Positions 27,952 through 37,294 of a stretch of DNA of 64,000 nt are shown here, in pieces; position 1 is the stretch's first letter, and each line of letters opens with the position of its first letter. The notes beneath the pieces are model-generated. The model searched no databases, was not told where the DNA came from, and saw nothing but the letters and a program-made list of their open reading frames with translations. The stretch lies in assembly GCF_900539655.1 (NCBI RefSeq), contig NZ_UQCR01000009.1; one strand, 5' to 3'. The DNA is from an uncultured Robinsoniella sp. GTDB taxonomy: Bacteria > Bacillota > Clostridia > Lachnospirales > Lachnospiraceae. The translations under genes and the position numbers were made by a program.

Positions 27952-29298
27952 TTAATTGGTAAAATACAGAAAATCTGCACAGGGCCGTTCCGCTCCGTCA
28001 GAGGGCCTGTTTAGTACCTTTCCGTCGTAATAAAGCGTTGCAGATCCGCCACCATCTAAATTGTAGGCATAGCGGCATCCTAATTTTTGAAGCTCAGCTA
28101 TTATTTCATAATGGTTTAACCCAAGTGAATATCCCGGCTTCCTTCCATCGGCAACTAGTAGTACATAATCATTTGGTCTAATCATGCCTACCACTGCACG
28201 AGGATCTTTGTTGCTTGTGACACCCAAATTTTGAATGATGTCTGGTGGCAGTGCAATTCCATTATTAATCAGAACCGGTCCAAAATTATAAGTGTCTTTT
28301 ACACCCATATCCAGAAGGGATTGTCCCCATAATCCCATTGGCGGAGTGAACATTGTTCCATCATTTTTGACTGCCATAGTCGTATAACTGGTTGCATAAT
28401 TACCATAGATCTTACCATTTTTAATGCACATGCCAAGCGGTGACGGCTGTCCTGTAGAATAAGAGAACGCGCTTCCGTTGATGCCGATGATTCCACCGTT
28501 AGAAGATACTGCCTGTGAGGTTAGCTGTCTGGACCCTCCATAGGTTCCGTAAGACATGGCGGAGCGCAGCTGTCTTGGATTACTGGTCTTAATCCGTGCA
28601 ACCCAGTACACAGAACCATAATTCTGCTTCTTATTAATCTTCACAGACAACGAACTGCTGCGGTATTCCAGATATGTAGCCGTATTAATACTTTTGGTAT
28701 TCATTTTTCTGGAAGCATCCATTACTCCTTTGGAATTCACATAGTAATAATACTTCCCTTTTTTCAGCCAGGTGTTCTTTTGCAGTGCGCCGGAACTGGA
28801 AAAATAATAATTCTTTTTCTTTACCGCTGTCCACTTTGTTTTCATTACACCATTGGAATCCAGATAGTAGCGGTCACCCTTTGATGTGATCCAGCCAGTT
28901 TTCTTTTTCCCTGATTTGGTATAATAATACCACTTGCCACCAATCTTCTGCCATCCACCTCGGAATTTAGGAATCCACTTACCATCTTCACCGACAAAAT
29001 AGCTTTTGATCCATTTATTGGTCACCATGTAGCCTTTCGATCCCAGATAGTAATCTCCTACCCAGCGCTTCTTCAGCATTTTGCCTTTTCTGTCGAAATA
29101 GTACCATTTCTTATTGATCTTTTTCCATTTGTTTTTTACCTTTTTACCGGAAACATAGTAGTACTTCGAACTTTTTACCGTCTTCCAGCCAGTCCTCTTT
29201 GCCGCCTGTGCCGTGGTATCGCTCAAAGCAAAACCGATCAATACGCAGAATAATAAAAGGATCATCCGCAATTGTGTCTTTTTCCTGTTGTACTTCAA
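27952..29298 (-). CDS. Secreted phosphodiester glycosidase (NAGPA/DUF2233) with cell-wall-binding repeats
   Basis: Signal peptide and many WxKIxxKWYYF-type repeats. GING, FGPVLI, DPRAVVG, VADGR and AYNLDGGGS motifs. Probable TTG start. Confidence 0.85.
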   Translation of the reverse strand: MKYNRKKTQLRMILLLFCVLIGFALSDTTAQAAKRTGWKTVKSSKYYYVSGKKVKNKWKKINKKWYYFDRKGKMLKKRWVGDYYLGSKGYMVTNKWIKSYFVGEDGKWIPKFRGGWQKIGGKWYYYTKSGKKKTGWITSKGDRYYLDSNGVMKTKWTAVKKKNYYFSSSGALQKNTWLKKGKYYYYVNSKGVMDASRKMNTKSINTATYLEYRSSSLSVKINKKQNYGSVYWVARIKTSNPRQLRSAMSYGTYGGSRQLTSQAVSSNGGIIGINGSAFSYSTGQPSPLGMCIKNGKIYGNYATSYTTMAVKNDGTMFTPPMGLWGQSLLDMGVKDTYNFGPVLINNGIALPPDIIQNLGVTSNKDPRAVVGMIRPNDYVLLVADGRKPGYSLGLNHYEIIAELQKLGCRYAYNLDGGGSATLYYDGKVLNRPSDGAERPCADFLYFTN

Positions 29299-29453
29299 TG
29301 AATAGCTCCCCCTTCTTATTACTAAGAGCATATATAAAATATGCTCTTAGTAGATTTTAACAGAATTGTAACATTTTCGCAATAGGAGTATTACAATTCG
29401 AGGGAAAACTTTATAAAATTGTTACCGTTAAATTTATTAACATTAACTATAAA

Positions 29454-30743
29454 TTACCGCTGAGCCAGTTCTTTCGTAATATCTTCCCAGGTAACGCCTC
29501 TCTCAACCATGAGCACCATCACATGATACAGGAAATCCGATACCTCATATTTGATTTCTTCCGGATCCGGATTTTTTGCTGCAATTACGATTTCCGTAGC
29601 TTCCTCTCCAACCTTTTTCAGGATCTTATCAATTCCTTTATCGAAGAGGTAATTTGTATAAGACCCTTCTTTCGGATGGTCTTTCCGGTCCTTGATTACC
29701 GCGTATACATCCTCAAATACTTTCATAGGGTTTGTATTATCATATTCTTTCTTTACCAGATCCCGGTAGAAGCAGCTTTGGTGCCCCGTATGGCAGGCTG
29801 CGCCCACCTGGGATACTTTTGCCAGTATCGTATCGTTATCACAGTCGATCCGAAGTTCTTTTACATACTGCAGGTGTCCGCTTGTAAGCCCCTTTGTCCA
29901 AAGTTCATTGCGGCTTCTGCTCCAGTATGTCATCTTGCCTGTCTTAATCGTAGTATCAAACGCCTGCTCATTCATATATGCCATCATCAGCACTTCCTGA
30001 GTCTTATAATCCTGAACTACTACAGGCATCATTCCGTCTGAATTCAGTTTAAAGTCCGGCCAGTTAAAGGCACTTTCATAGGTATTCACTGAAATGCCGC
30101 GCCTCTTCAGTTCAGCCTTTAAATCCATCAGGTCAACTGCAGGGTCAGATAAAAGATTGCCGGATACTCCGGATACCTGCTCTATGGATAACAGGGCAAT
30201 CATCTTCTCCTTGTCAAGAAGCGACAGAATCGGAACTGCCCCTACGGATACCTCACTTACTGCCTCGTACAAATGCAGGTTATCTCCCAATAATAACACT
30301 TCACTCGTATAAGTCTCCAGAAGTTCTTTCTGCTCTTTTAACAACGCAAAATTATCTGCACATGCCGCTATTTTTTCTTTGCCAAAGCGCTTTGATACTT
30401 CCGGCATCAAATCCAGGTTGCTTTTCTTTGCCATATTCAAAAAAGCTTTCTTACAGCCGGCATAAATCAGTTTTTTTACATCTTCCACTCTTTTTATATT
30501 TCCACCGCCCAGGATGGGAATATCGATTTCTCTGGATATCTCTTTGATCAGCTTTAAAGACTGGTCATGTTCGCTGTCCGTATTGGATAAATCAAAAATG
30601 ATCAATTCATCTGCACCATTGTTGCTGTAATGCTTTGCAAGCTTAACCACATCCCCGTCTGCAAATACGCGGTTATCGAAAAATCCTGTAACGGCAATTC
30701 CACTTCTAATAAAAATATGAGGTATTAATTTCTTATGTATCAT
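29454..30743 (-). CDS. hisIE: HisIE bifunctional enzyme fused to an N-terminal HisF-like barrel
   Basis: C-terminal half has YWSRSR, DCDNDT, ACHTG...SCF, SYTNYLF and KKVGEEATE. N-terminal half has GADELIIFDL and PILGGGNI. Confidence 0.92.
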   Translation of the reverse strand: MIHKKLIPHIFIRSGIAVTGFFDNRVFADGDVVKLAKHYSNNGADELIIFDLSNTDSEHDQSLKLIKEISREIDIPILGGGNIKRVEDVKKLIYAGCKKAFLNMAKKSNLDLMPEVSKRFGKEKIAACADNFALLKEQKELLETYTSEVLLLGDNLHLYEAVSEVSVGAVPILSLLDKEKMIALLSIEQVSGVSGNLLSDPAVDLMDLKAELKRRGISVNTYESAFNWPDFKLNSDGMMPVVVQDYKTQEVLMMAYMNEQAFDTTIKTGKMTYWSRSRNELWTKGLTSGHLQYVKELRIDCDNDTILAKVSQVGAACHTGHQSCFYRDLVKKEYDNTNPMKVFEDVYAVIKDRKDHPKEGSYTNYLFDKGIDKILKKVGEEATEIVIAAKNPDPEEIKYEVSDFLYHVMVLMVERGVTWEDITKELAQR

Positions 30744-31330
30744 TACAAACTCCCTTTCGTTGATAGCACGTCCAATATTCTGGAATCATAAGTAACTGCT
30801 TCATCTAAAGCCTTGGCAAATGCCTTGAACATTGCTTCTGCCATATGGTGATTATTCCCCAGTGTAAGGACCTTAATATGCAGGTTCATTGCCGCTGCAT
30901 AAGAAACTGCATAGAAAAACTCTTTTACCATCTCTGTATCCATATCTCCCATGCGGTCCGCAGTAAAAGCTCCGTCAAAGGACAGATACGGCCTGCCGCC
31001 CAGGTCAATGGCGCAGAGTACCAGAGTTTCATCCATTGGAAGAATAATATCCCCATAGCGGCGTATTCCCTTTTTGTCTCCAACAGCTTCCCGGATCGCC
31101 GTACCCAGTACAATCCCGGTATCTTCAATGGTATGATGACAGTCCACATCCAGATCACCGGTTACCTGAACTTTAAGATCGAATAATCCATGCCTGGTAA
31201 AGCCATCCAGCATGTGGTCGAAAAAACCTATGCCCGTATGGATATCTGATTTTCCCGTGCCGTCCAGATCCAAAGTAAGAGTAATCTGGGTTTCCCGGGT
31301 GTTTCGTTCTATTGTTTTTTTTCTGGTCAT
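30743..31330 (-). CDS. hisB: Imidazoleglycerol-phosphate dehydratase
   Basis: RNTRET, FFDHML, DCHHTIED, NNHHMAEA, STKGSL. Confidence 0.97.
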   Translation of the reverse strand: MTRKKTIERNTRETQITLTLDLDGTGKSDIHTGIGFFDHMLDGFTRHGLFDLKVQVTGDLDVDCHHTIEDTGIVLGTAIREAVGDKKGIRRYGDIILPMDETLVLCAIDLGGRPYLSFDGAFTADRMGDMDTEMVKEFFYAVSYAAAMNLHIKVLTLGNNHHMAEAMFKAFAKALDEAVTYDSRILDVLSTKGSL

Positions 31331-31339
31331 ATATGCCTC

Positions 31340-32632
31340 CTATTTTTCGAAGCGGACTTTAATAGAGTTTGCATGGGCGGTAAGCTGTTCTGCTGTTGCA
31401 AATTTAATAATATCCTCATGAATTGGCTCCAGCGCTTCCCTGGAATAATAAATAATACTGGATTTTTTTATAAAATCATCCACACTTAAAGGTGAAAAGA
31501 ACTTTGCAGTTCCATTCGTAGGTAATACATGGTTTGGTCCGGCAAAATAATCCCCCAAAGGCTCACTGCTGTATTCCCCGATAAAAATTGCCCCGGCATT
31601 TTTTATTTTGGTCATGACCTGGAACGGATCCTTCGTTACAATTTCCAAATGCTCCGAAGCGATTTCATTTACCGTTTCAATTGCATCCTCCATATTTTCC
31701 GCGATTAAAATATAGCCGTAATTATCAAGAGATTTCTGGATAATTTCTTTTCTGGATAACTCTGCCGTAAAATCATCCACTTCTTTTGAAACTTTCTCTG
31801 CCAGGTCCCGGCTGGTTGTAATCAGAATTGCAGAAGCCATTTCATCATGCTCCGCCTGAGATAACAGGTCAGCCGCAACAAATCTGGGATTGGCTGTCTC
31901 GTCTGCAAGAACGAGTATTTCACTGGGACCTGCTACAGAATCAATGCTCACATGTCCATACACCGCTTTTTTCGCCAGTGCCACATAAATATTGCCTGGA
32001 CCTACAATCTTGTCAACTTTCGGAATGCTTTCCGTTCCAAATGCAAGGGCAGCGATTGCCTGGGCACCGCCAGCCTTATATACTTCATCCGCTCCTGCCT
32101 CATGTGCAGCCACAAGAGTGGAGGGATTTACTTTTCCATCTTTTCCAGGTGGAGTTGTCATAATAATCTTCTCTACGCCGGCTGCCCTGGCTGGCACAAT
32201 ATTCATCAGCACCGATGACGGATAAACCGCTTTTCCTCCCGGGACATAAACTCCTACTTTAGACAGTGGAGTCACCTTCTGCCCCAGCATAGTTCCGTCC
32301 GGTTTGCTGTCAAACCAGCTGTACTGGCGCTGTTTTTCATGATAAGAACGGATATTTACTAATGCCTTGCGGATAACCTCTACCAGACCTTCATCCACCT
32401 GTTCATAAGCTTCCTGTATTTCATCCTCCGTCACCCGGATATTCTCTGCACTTATATCTGCTCCGTCAAAACGCTTTGTATAATCAAATACTGCCTGATC
32501 CCTGTCACTCTTTACATTAGAGATAATCTCTGCAACACGGCCTTCAAACTCACCATAGCTGTTTGGACTCCGTTTTAAAAGGTCTTCCAGTACATTCTGC
32601 ATGGTATCTTTCGTCAATTCAACAATTCTCAT
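31340..32632 (-). CDS. hisD: Histidinol dehydrogenase
   Basis: VYVPGG, GGAQAIAALAFGT, AGPSE, SQAEHD, GPNHVLPT. Confidence 0.97.
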   Translation of the reverse strand: MRIVELTKDTMQNVLEDLLKRSPNSYGEFEGRVAEIISNVKSDRDQAVFDYTKRFDGADISAENIRVTEDEIQEAYEQVDEGLVEVIRKALVNIRSYHEKQRQYSWFDSKPDGTMLGQKVTPLSKVGVYVPGGKAVYPSSVLMNIVPARAAGVEKIIMTTPPGKDGKVNPSTLVAAHEAGADEVYKAGGAQAIAALAFGTESIPKVDKIVGPGNIYVALAKKAVYGHVSIDSVAGPSEILVLADETANPRFVAADLLSQAEHDEMASAILITTSRDLAEKVSKEVDDFTAELSRKEIIQKSLDNYGYILIAENMEDAIETVNEIASEHLEIVTKDPFQVMTKIKNAGAIFIGEYSSEPLGDYFAGPNHVLPTNGTAKFFSPLSVDDFIKKSSIIYYSREALEPIHEDIIKFATAEQLTAHANSIKVRFEK

Positions 32633-32656
32633 AATGACCTCCTCCGTTTTCTGCTC

Positions 32657-33292
32657 TTACAAAACTGCTTTTAAATCCGTTAAAATCTTAGTAATTCTAT
32701 CATTTTCCATTTTCATGCTTACCTGATTTACCACCACCCTTGCAGATAACGGGCAGATCTCTTCTAAGATCTCCAGACCGTTTTCCTTAAGCGTGGATCC
32801 TGTCTCCACAATATCCACGATCACTTCCGAAAGTCCCACAATCGGTGCTAACTCAATCGAGCCGTTGAGTTTAATGATCTCCACCGTCTGATGCTTTTTA
32901 TTATAAAAATAATCTTTTGCAATATTTGGATATTTAGTTGCTACCCGGATCAATTCCTGATGCTTTAATAATTCCCTCGCAGATGCCGGACCGCAGACAC
33001 ACATCCTGCATTTGCCGAATCCCAGATCCAGTACTTCATACAGCTTTCTCTGTTCCTCCGCGATCGTATCCTTTCCTACAATACCGATGTCAGCCGCACC
33101 ATACTCTACGTAAGTGGGCACATCCGGTCCTTTTGACAGGAAAAATTTAAGCTTCTGCTCTTCATTCACAAAAATAAGCTTTCTGCTGGTTGGATCTTTC
33201 ATTTCTTCACAGGTAATTCCTATCTTTTCAAAGACCTCCAGGGTCTGTTTCGCCAATCGTCCCTTTCCAAGGGCAAACGTTAAATATCTCAT
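32657..33292 (-). CDS. hisG: ATP phosphoribosyltransferase, short form
   Basis: [38 protein letters not shown]. Confidence 0.96.
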   Translation of the reverse strand: MRYLTFALGKGRLAKQTLEVFEKIGITCEEMKDPTSRKLIFVNEEQKLKFFLSKGPDVPTYVEYGAADIGIVGKDTIAEEQRKLYEVLDLGFGKCRMCVCGPASARELLKHQELIRVATKYPNIAKDYFYNKKHQTVEIIKLNGSIELAPIVGLSEVIVDIVETGSTLKENGLEILEEICPLSARVVVNQVSMKMENDRITKILTDLKAVL

Positions 33293-33342
33293 TATCATCC
33301 TCCAGTACTGCATCTACTGCAGCTTAAAATCAGTTTATCATT

Positions 33343-34602
33343 CTATGACAACAGCGCCATAAGTCCTGCCGGCTTCACTACCTTCGTTTCTGTATTTACG
33401 GACAGAATCCTGTCCTTTTCTTCAAAATACAAAATCTCATTGATGCGGCTTCGCCTTGCAAAGATCAGATAATCTTCCAAGTCCAGACTTTCTTTCTGGC
33501 AGATCAGTTCCACGTAATTGTTTTCTATCCGAAGATGCTTCGCCAGAGTAATCGCTTCTTTTCTCTGCTCCTTTTTATATAGGATCAGGCGGTTTACCTG
33601 TTCTGCCGGCACATCAATTTTCTGTCTGGAAAGGGCGGTCAGAAGCTGGTCTACTACCACGACAAAACCAATTGACGGTGCATCTTTTCCAAAACGTCCC
33701 ATCATATTGTCGTAACGTCCGCCTTTTACGATGGCATCCCCTGTTCCAAAGGTATAGCCCCTGAAAATGATGCCAGTATAGTACATATATTTGCTGATCA
33801 TTCCAAGATCAAATGAAACGTATTTTTCCACACCGTAGTATTTTAAGATTCCATATAGTTCTTCCAGTCTTGCAATTGCCTTTAGCGCCCCCGGGTTGGA
33901 TGTCAGAAGTTTTGCCCGCTCCAGTGCATCCACGGTTCCAAACAGCTGAGGCAGGGTTGCAAATACATTCTTTAATTCCTCACTGATGTTCTTTTCAGAC
34001 AGGAGCTCTTCCACGCCAAACATATTTTTATTGGAGATCAATTCTCTCAGTTCTTCTTCCGTTTCCTCATCAATCCCGGCTTCCGTCATCAGGCTTTTGA
34101 AAAATTCCACGTGTCCGATGCTGATCTGGAAATCTTTGAGCCCGGCACTGCGCAATGTCTCAATGACAAGTGTAACTATCTCAGCATCTGCATCCACACT
34201 GTCATCACCGATAAATTCCGCTCCCAGCTGCGTTGTTTCTTTTAAGCGCCCCTGGTAACTTGAATTATTAATAAAGGTGTTGCCCATATAACAGAGGCGG
34301 ATGGAAAGATCTTCTTCCGTAAAATACTTCGCTGCTGCCCTGGCTATAGAAGGGGTAAAATCCGGTCTTAACACCAGTGTATTTCCTTCCCGGTCAAAAA
34401 ATTTATACAAGTCTTTGGAAGGAATGGTTCCCACATCCTGTCCAAATACATCAAAATATTCAAAGGTAGGCGTTTCGATATCCCGATAGCCATAGGATTT
34501 CAGGACTTTATGCAGTTTGTCCTGTAACGTAAGTTTCTTTTCACATTCTGCATTATAAATGTCCCTGACACCTTCCGGTGTATGTAATAATCGTTGATTC
34601 AT
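33343..34602 (-). CDS. hisZ: ATP phosphoribosyltransferase regulatory subunit
   Basis: TPEGVRD, LRPDFTPSIAR, YYTGIIF, GGRYD. Directly upstream of the short hisG. Confidence 0.95.
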   Translation of the reverse strand: MNQRLLHTPEGVRDIYNAECEKKLTLQDKLHKVLKSYGYRDIETPTFEYFDVFGQDVGTIPSKDLYKFFDREGNTLVLRPDFTPSIARAAAKYFTEEDLSIRLCYMGNTFINNSSYQGRLKETTQLGAEFIGDDSVDADAEIVTLVIETLRSAGLKDFQISIGHVEFFKSLMTEAGIDEETEEELRELISNKNMFGVEELLSEKNISEELKNVFATLPQLFGTVDALERAKLLTSNPGALKAIARLEELYGILKYYGVEKYVSFDLGMISKYMYYTGIIFRGYTFGTGDAIVKGGRYDNMMGRFGKDAPSIGFVVVVDQLLTALSRQKIDVPAEQVNRLILYKKEQRKEAITLAKHLRIENNYVELICQKESLDLEDYLIFARRSRINEILYFEEKDRILSVNTETKVVKPAGLMALLS

Positions 34603-34637
34603 TGCTCTCTCCTCTTTCTGAAAATCAAATTTCGTTT

Positions 34638-34657
34638 CACTTTATCACATTAACGTG
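34638..34657. promoter_or_regulatory. Putative HisR (YerC/TrpR-like) operator
   Basis: CACTTTA-TCACAT-TAACGTG, a near-palindrome of the YACTTTA-N6-TAAAGTR type, about 35 nt upstream of hisZ. Confidence 0.65.
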
Positions 34658-34712
34658 ATAATTCACTACTATATAAAATTATTTTTCATTATAATAGATG
34701 TATGAAAAAAAG

Positions 34713-35246
34713 TCAATCCCTCTTATCTAAATCCTTTTGCAGTGCATCTAAGTAAGGAACCAGAATTCCGCCTTTACTTTCCAGCTTAAATTCCTGTGGA
34801 AGTTCTTCATAACGGAAGCTTTTTCTGCCGCCTTCTGCCGCCCTTTCCCAGAAAAACTTCACCCGCTCGAAAGGCAGATAAAATATTTCATTTTTTTTAG
34901 TATAATATATAATCAAAAAGGAAATCCCGCCCTGTTGTTCAAAGGTCCCCATAAACTGCACCTGATGTTCATGAATATTCTGCAGTGCAAAAGTATCCGC
35001 ATTACATTCTTTTGCATCAAAGCAGACGGGGATTCCCTGCACCGCTCCAATATAATCAACGGTACTTTTCTGCTCGAAATATGCCAGTGTAATATGCCGG
35101 TTCTCTTTGTCAATTCTGATAGGGGTAATGGGGGTAGGGATTTTCTGAATCAATGCCAGTCCCTTTTCCTGATACTGTTCGTTGGAACGGTTAATTAAGT
35201 CTTCCAATGTGGATCCGCGAAGTCCTCTTGAATTCCATGTTGCCAT
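34713..35246 (-). CDS. recU: Holliday junction resolvase RecU
   Basis: RGSTLE, KIPTP, STVDYIG, FDAKE, HEHQ. Confidence 0.95.
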   Translation of the reverse strand: MATWNSRGLRGSTLEDLINRSNEQYQEKGLALIQKIPTPITPIRIDKENRHITLAYFEQKSTVDYIGAVQGIPVCFDAKECNADTFALQNIHEHQVQFMGTFEQQGGISFLIIYYTKKNEIFYLPFERVKFFWERAAEGGRKSFRYEELPQEFKLESKGGILVPYLDALQKDLDKRD

Positions 35247-35304
35247 ATGGATGTTCCTTTCTGAATGGTTCGTAGTATATATGTAACCTGAAATTGTATG
35301 CTCT

Positions 35305-35365
35305 TGAACATGTTTGAAAATTCAATCCCGCACAGTTGGCGGGAATGAATTTTAAACACGCTCTA
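35305..35365. repeat. AGAGCGTGTTT-family inverted-repeat element
   Basis: GAACATGTTTGAAAATTCA-ATCCCGC...GCGGGA-A-TGAATTTTAAACACGCTC. Confidence 0.7.
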
Positions 35366-35512
35366 GTATATTTTACTCCAATTTTGCCGCATCTTCAAGC
35401 ATATTGACAAAGCTCTACCGGTTATGTACACAAAAAGAGCAGATGGCAGGTTACAATAAAAAGGCAGATGATCGATTACAATCAACTGCCGGTAATTCAC
35501 AATATATTTCAG

Positions 35513-36484
35513 TCAAAACTTCTTACCAAATACCTTTTCGAAAATCGCAGGCACTTTTGCCGTAAATTCTTTTCCGGAGAGGTACTCAAGGTCTCCCTTT
35601 ATCTGCGGCATTACCAGCTGATAGGAATGCAGCATCTGATATTTCACCCCATATGAAGTTTCATACTTCTGGTTAACTTTCCGGTTTCCGTACTTGGTGT
35701 CTCCGATTATGGGATGTCCGATTGATGCCAGATGGGCACGAATCTGATGGGATCTTCCGGTAATCAGCCATACTTTTAATAAAGTAACTCCATTTTTCGT
35801 CTCCAGCGGCGTATACATGGTGTGTATGGGCAGTGCATCTTCTGTGTGCTCCTGGCTGATCTGTACCTTATTTTGATTCTCATCTTTTGTAAGCCAGCCA
35901 TCAATGGTTCGTTCCTCTGCCACTTCTCCGGATACCAGACACAGGTAGTATTTATGCAGGCTCCTGTCCTTGAAAACCTCCGCCATAGTCTGAAGTCCTG
36001 CCAGTGTTTTCCCGGCTACGATCAAACCGCTTGTATTGCGGTCTAAACGATTGCAGACTGCCGGACGGAAAGTTTTCAGCTCCTCTTTCGTAATCTGTTT
36101 GGATTCCAGCAAGTAAGCAAGCATTTCTTCATTAATGGATATATCATTGCTTTTCGCTTTTTGGGAGAGCATATTAGCCGGCTTATTCAAGAGGAGAATA
36201 TGCTTATCTTCGTAGATAATCTGGAGGCTGCTGCTTTTTTTAATAGTGGAAATATCTTCTACTTTTTTTGAAAACTTATCAAACGTTTCGTCAGAAAGAA
36301 AAAACCGTATTTCATCATGAAGTGCGGTTTTTTCATTTCCATTTGCTTTTTTGTCGTTCAGCGTAATATTCTTTTTGCGAAGCATTTTATAGACGAAGCT
36401 CTTGGGCGCTTCACTTAAATATTTTGCCAGCAGCTTATCCAGACGCTGCCCGGCTTCATTTTCATTTACAATCACTAATTTCAT
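35513..36484 (-). CDS. RluA/RluC family pseudouridine synthase with S4 domain
   Basis: GQRLDK, NKP, NRLDRNTSG, TGRSHQIRAH, GDTKYG. Confidence 0.94.
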   Translation of the reverse strand: MKLVIVNENEAGQRLDKLLAKYLSEAPKSFVYKMLRKKNITLNDKKANGNEKTALHDEIRFFLSDETFDKFSKKVEDISTIKKSSSLQIIYEDKHILLLNKPANMLSQKAKSNDISINEEMLAYLLESKQITKEELKTFRPAVCNRLDRNTSGLIVAGKTLAGLQTMAEVFKDRSLHKYYLCLVSGEVAEERTIDGWLTKDENQNKVQISQEHTEDALPIHTMYTPLETKNGVTLLKVWLITGRSHQIRAHLASIGHPIIGDTKYGNRKVNQKYETSYGVKYQMLHSYQLVMPQIKGDLEYLSGKEFTAKVPAIFEKVFGKKF

Positions 36485-36543
36485 CTCTATACTCTTTTCA
36501 TTTTCAAACAGGCTCCAGGCTAACTAAACTGCCTTTCTCTTTC

Positions 36544-37149
36544 TTATAGAGAGATCGCCAGGATCACGTGCTTCATCAATTCACTTCTGCTAAGGTCCGG
36601 ATATTCTTCGCTTGGCGTAAACGTTCCTTCTGCTTCCAGTTCATCCTTTCGCTGATATAGCATATCAACTCTTTCCAGATACCGCTTCAGGTCTGTAAAT
36701 ATCTTCACATTGGACTTATATCCGTTTCCTTTCAGAATTTCCTTAATATGCTTTTCTGCAAAGGAAGGATCCGCCTTTTCACTGCTGGTATAACCGATCA
36801 CATTCGTTCCGCATACAACCAGACTGTCAATAGGGGTATTCTTCTCATAAGCAGTCACCGTCAGTTCGTAAGCACACACCATGTCTTTTACATGGGACTC
36901 AATTTCCCGGTACTTTTCTTCACTTATGGGCTTTTGCATAAACATCATCACCATACCCACTGCAGAACGGCTTGCCGGAAGGCATCCCATAACTGCCACA
37001 AAAGTAAACATATTAAGTCTTGTACCTGTCTGAATCAAACCGGTGACAAATATCACTACCGGAATTAAGAACAGGATAAATGTAATCAACCCCCGCTTTT
37101 TCTTCTGGGAAAGAATATAACCCCTTTTTCCCTTTGAAACTTTCTTCAT
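36544..37149 (-). CDS. Conserved hypothetical membrane protein
   Basis: ATG 37149 follows GAGGAG. Two N-terminal TM segments, then a soluble domain. Confidence 0.75.
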   Translation of the reverse strand: MKKVSKGKRGYILSQKKKRGLITFILFLIPVVIFVTGLIQTGTRLNMFTFVAVMGCLPASRSAVGMVMMFMQKPISEEKYREIESHVKDMVCAYELTVTAYEKNTPIDSLVVCGTNVIGYTSSEKADPSFAEKHIKEILKGNGYKSNVKIFTDLKRYLERVDMLYQRKDELEAEGTFTPSEEYPDLSRSELMKHVILAISL

Positions 37150-37294
37150 GCGTAATCTCCTCATAATTCTACTTATTTTTCTGCAGTTATTTATGCCCGG
37201 ACACAGGGTACTGCTTGCGCAATACCAAAGTAGACTCCAGCAAATAACCAAACAGCCGCTCATACAGATCCATTTTATCCGCTGCTAAATTTTA

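Noticed and set aside
37187..37273. 28-codon minus-strand ORF (MDLYERLFG...) between ygiQ and the membrane protein gene
   Set aside because: Weak RBS, no recognisable features and too short to support.
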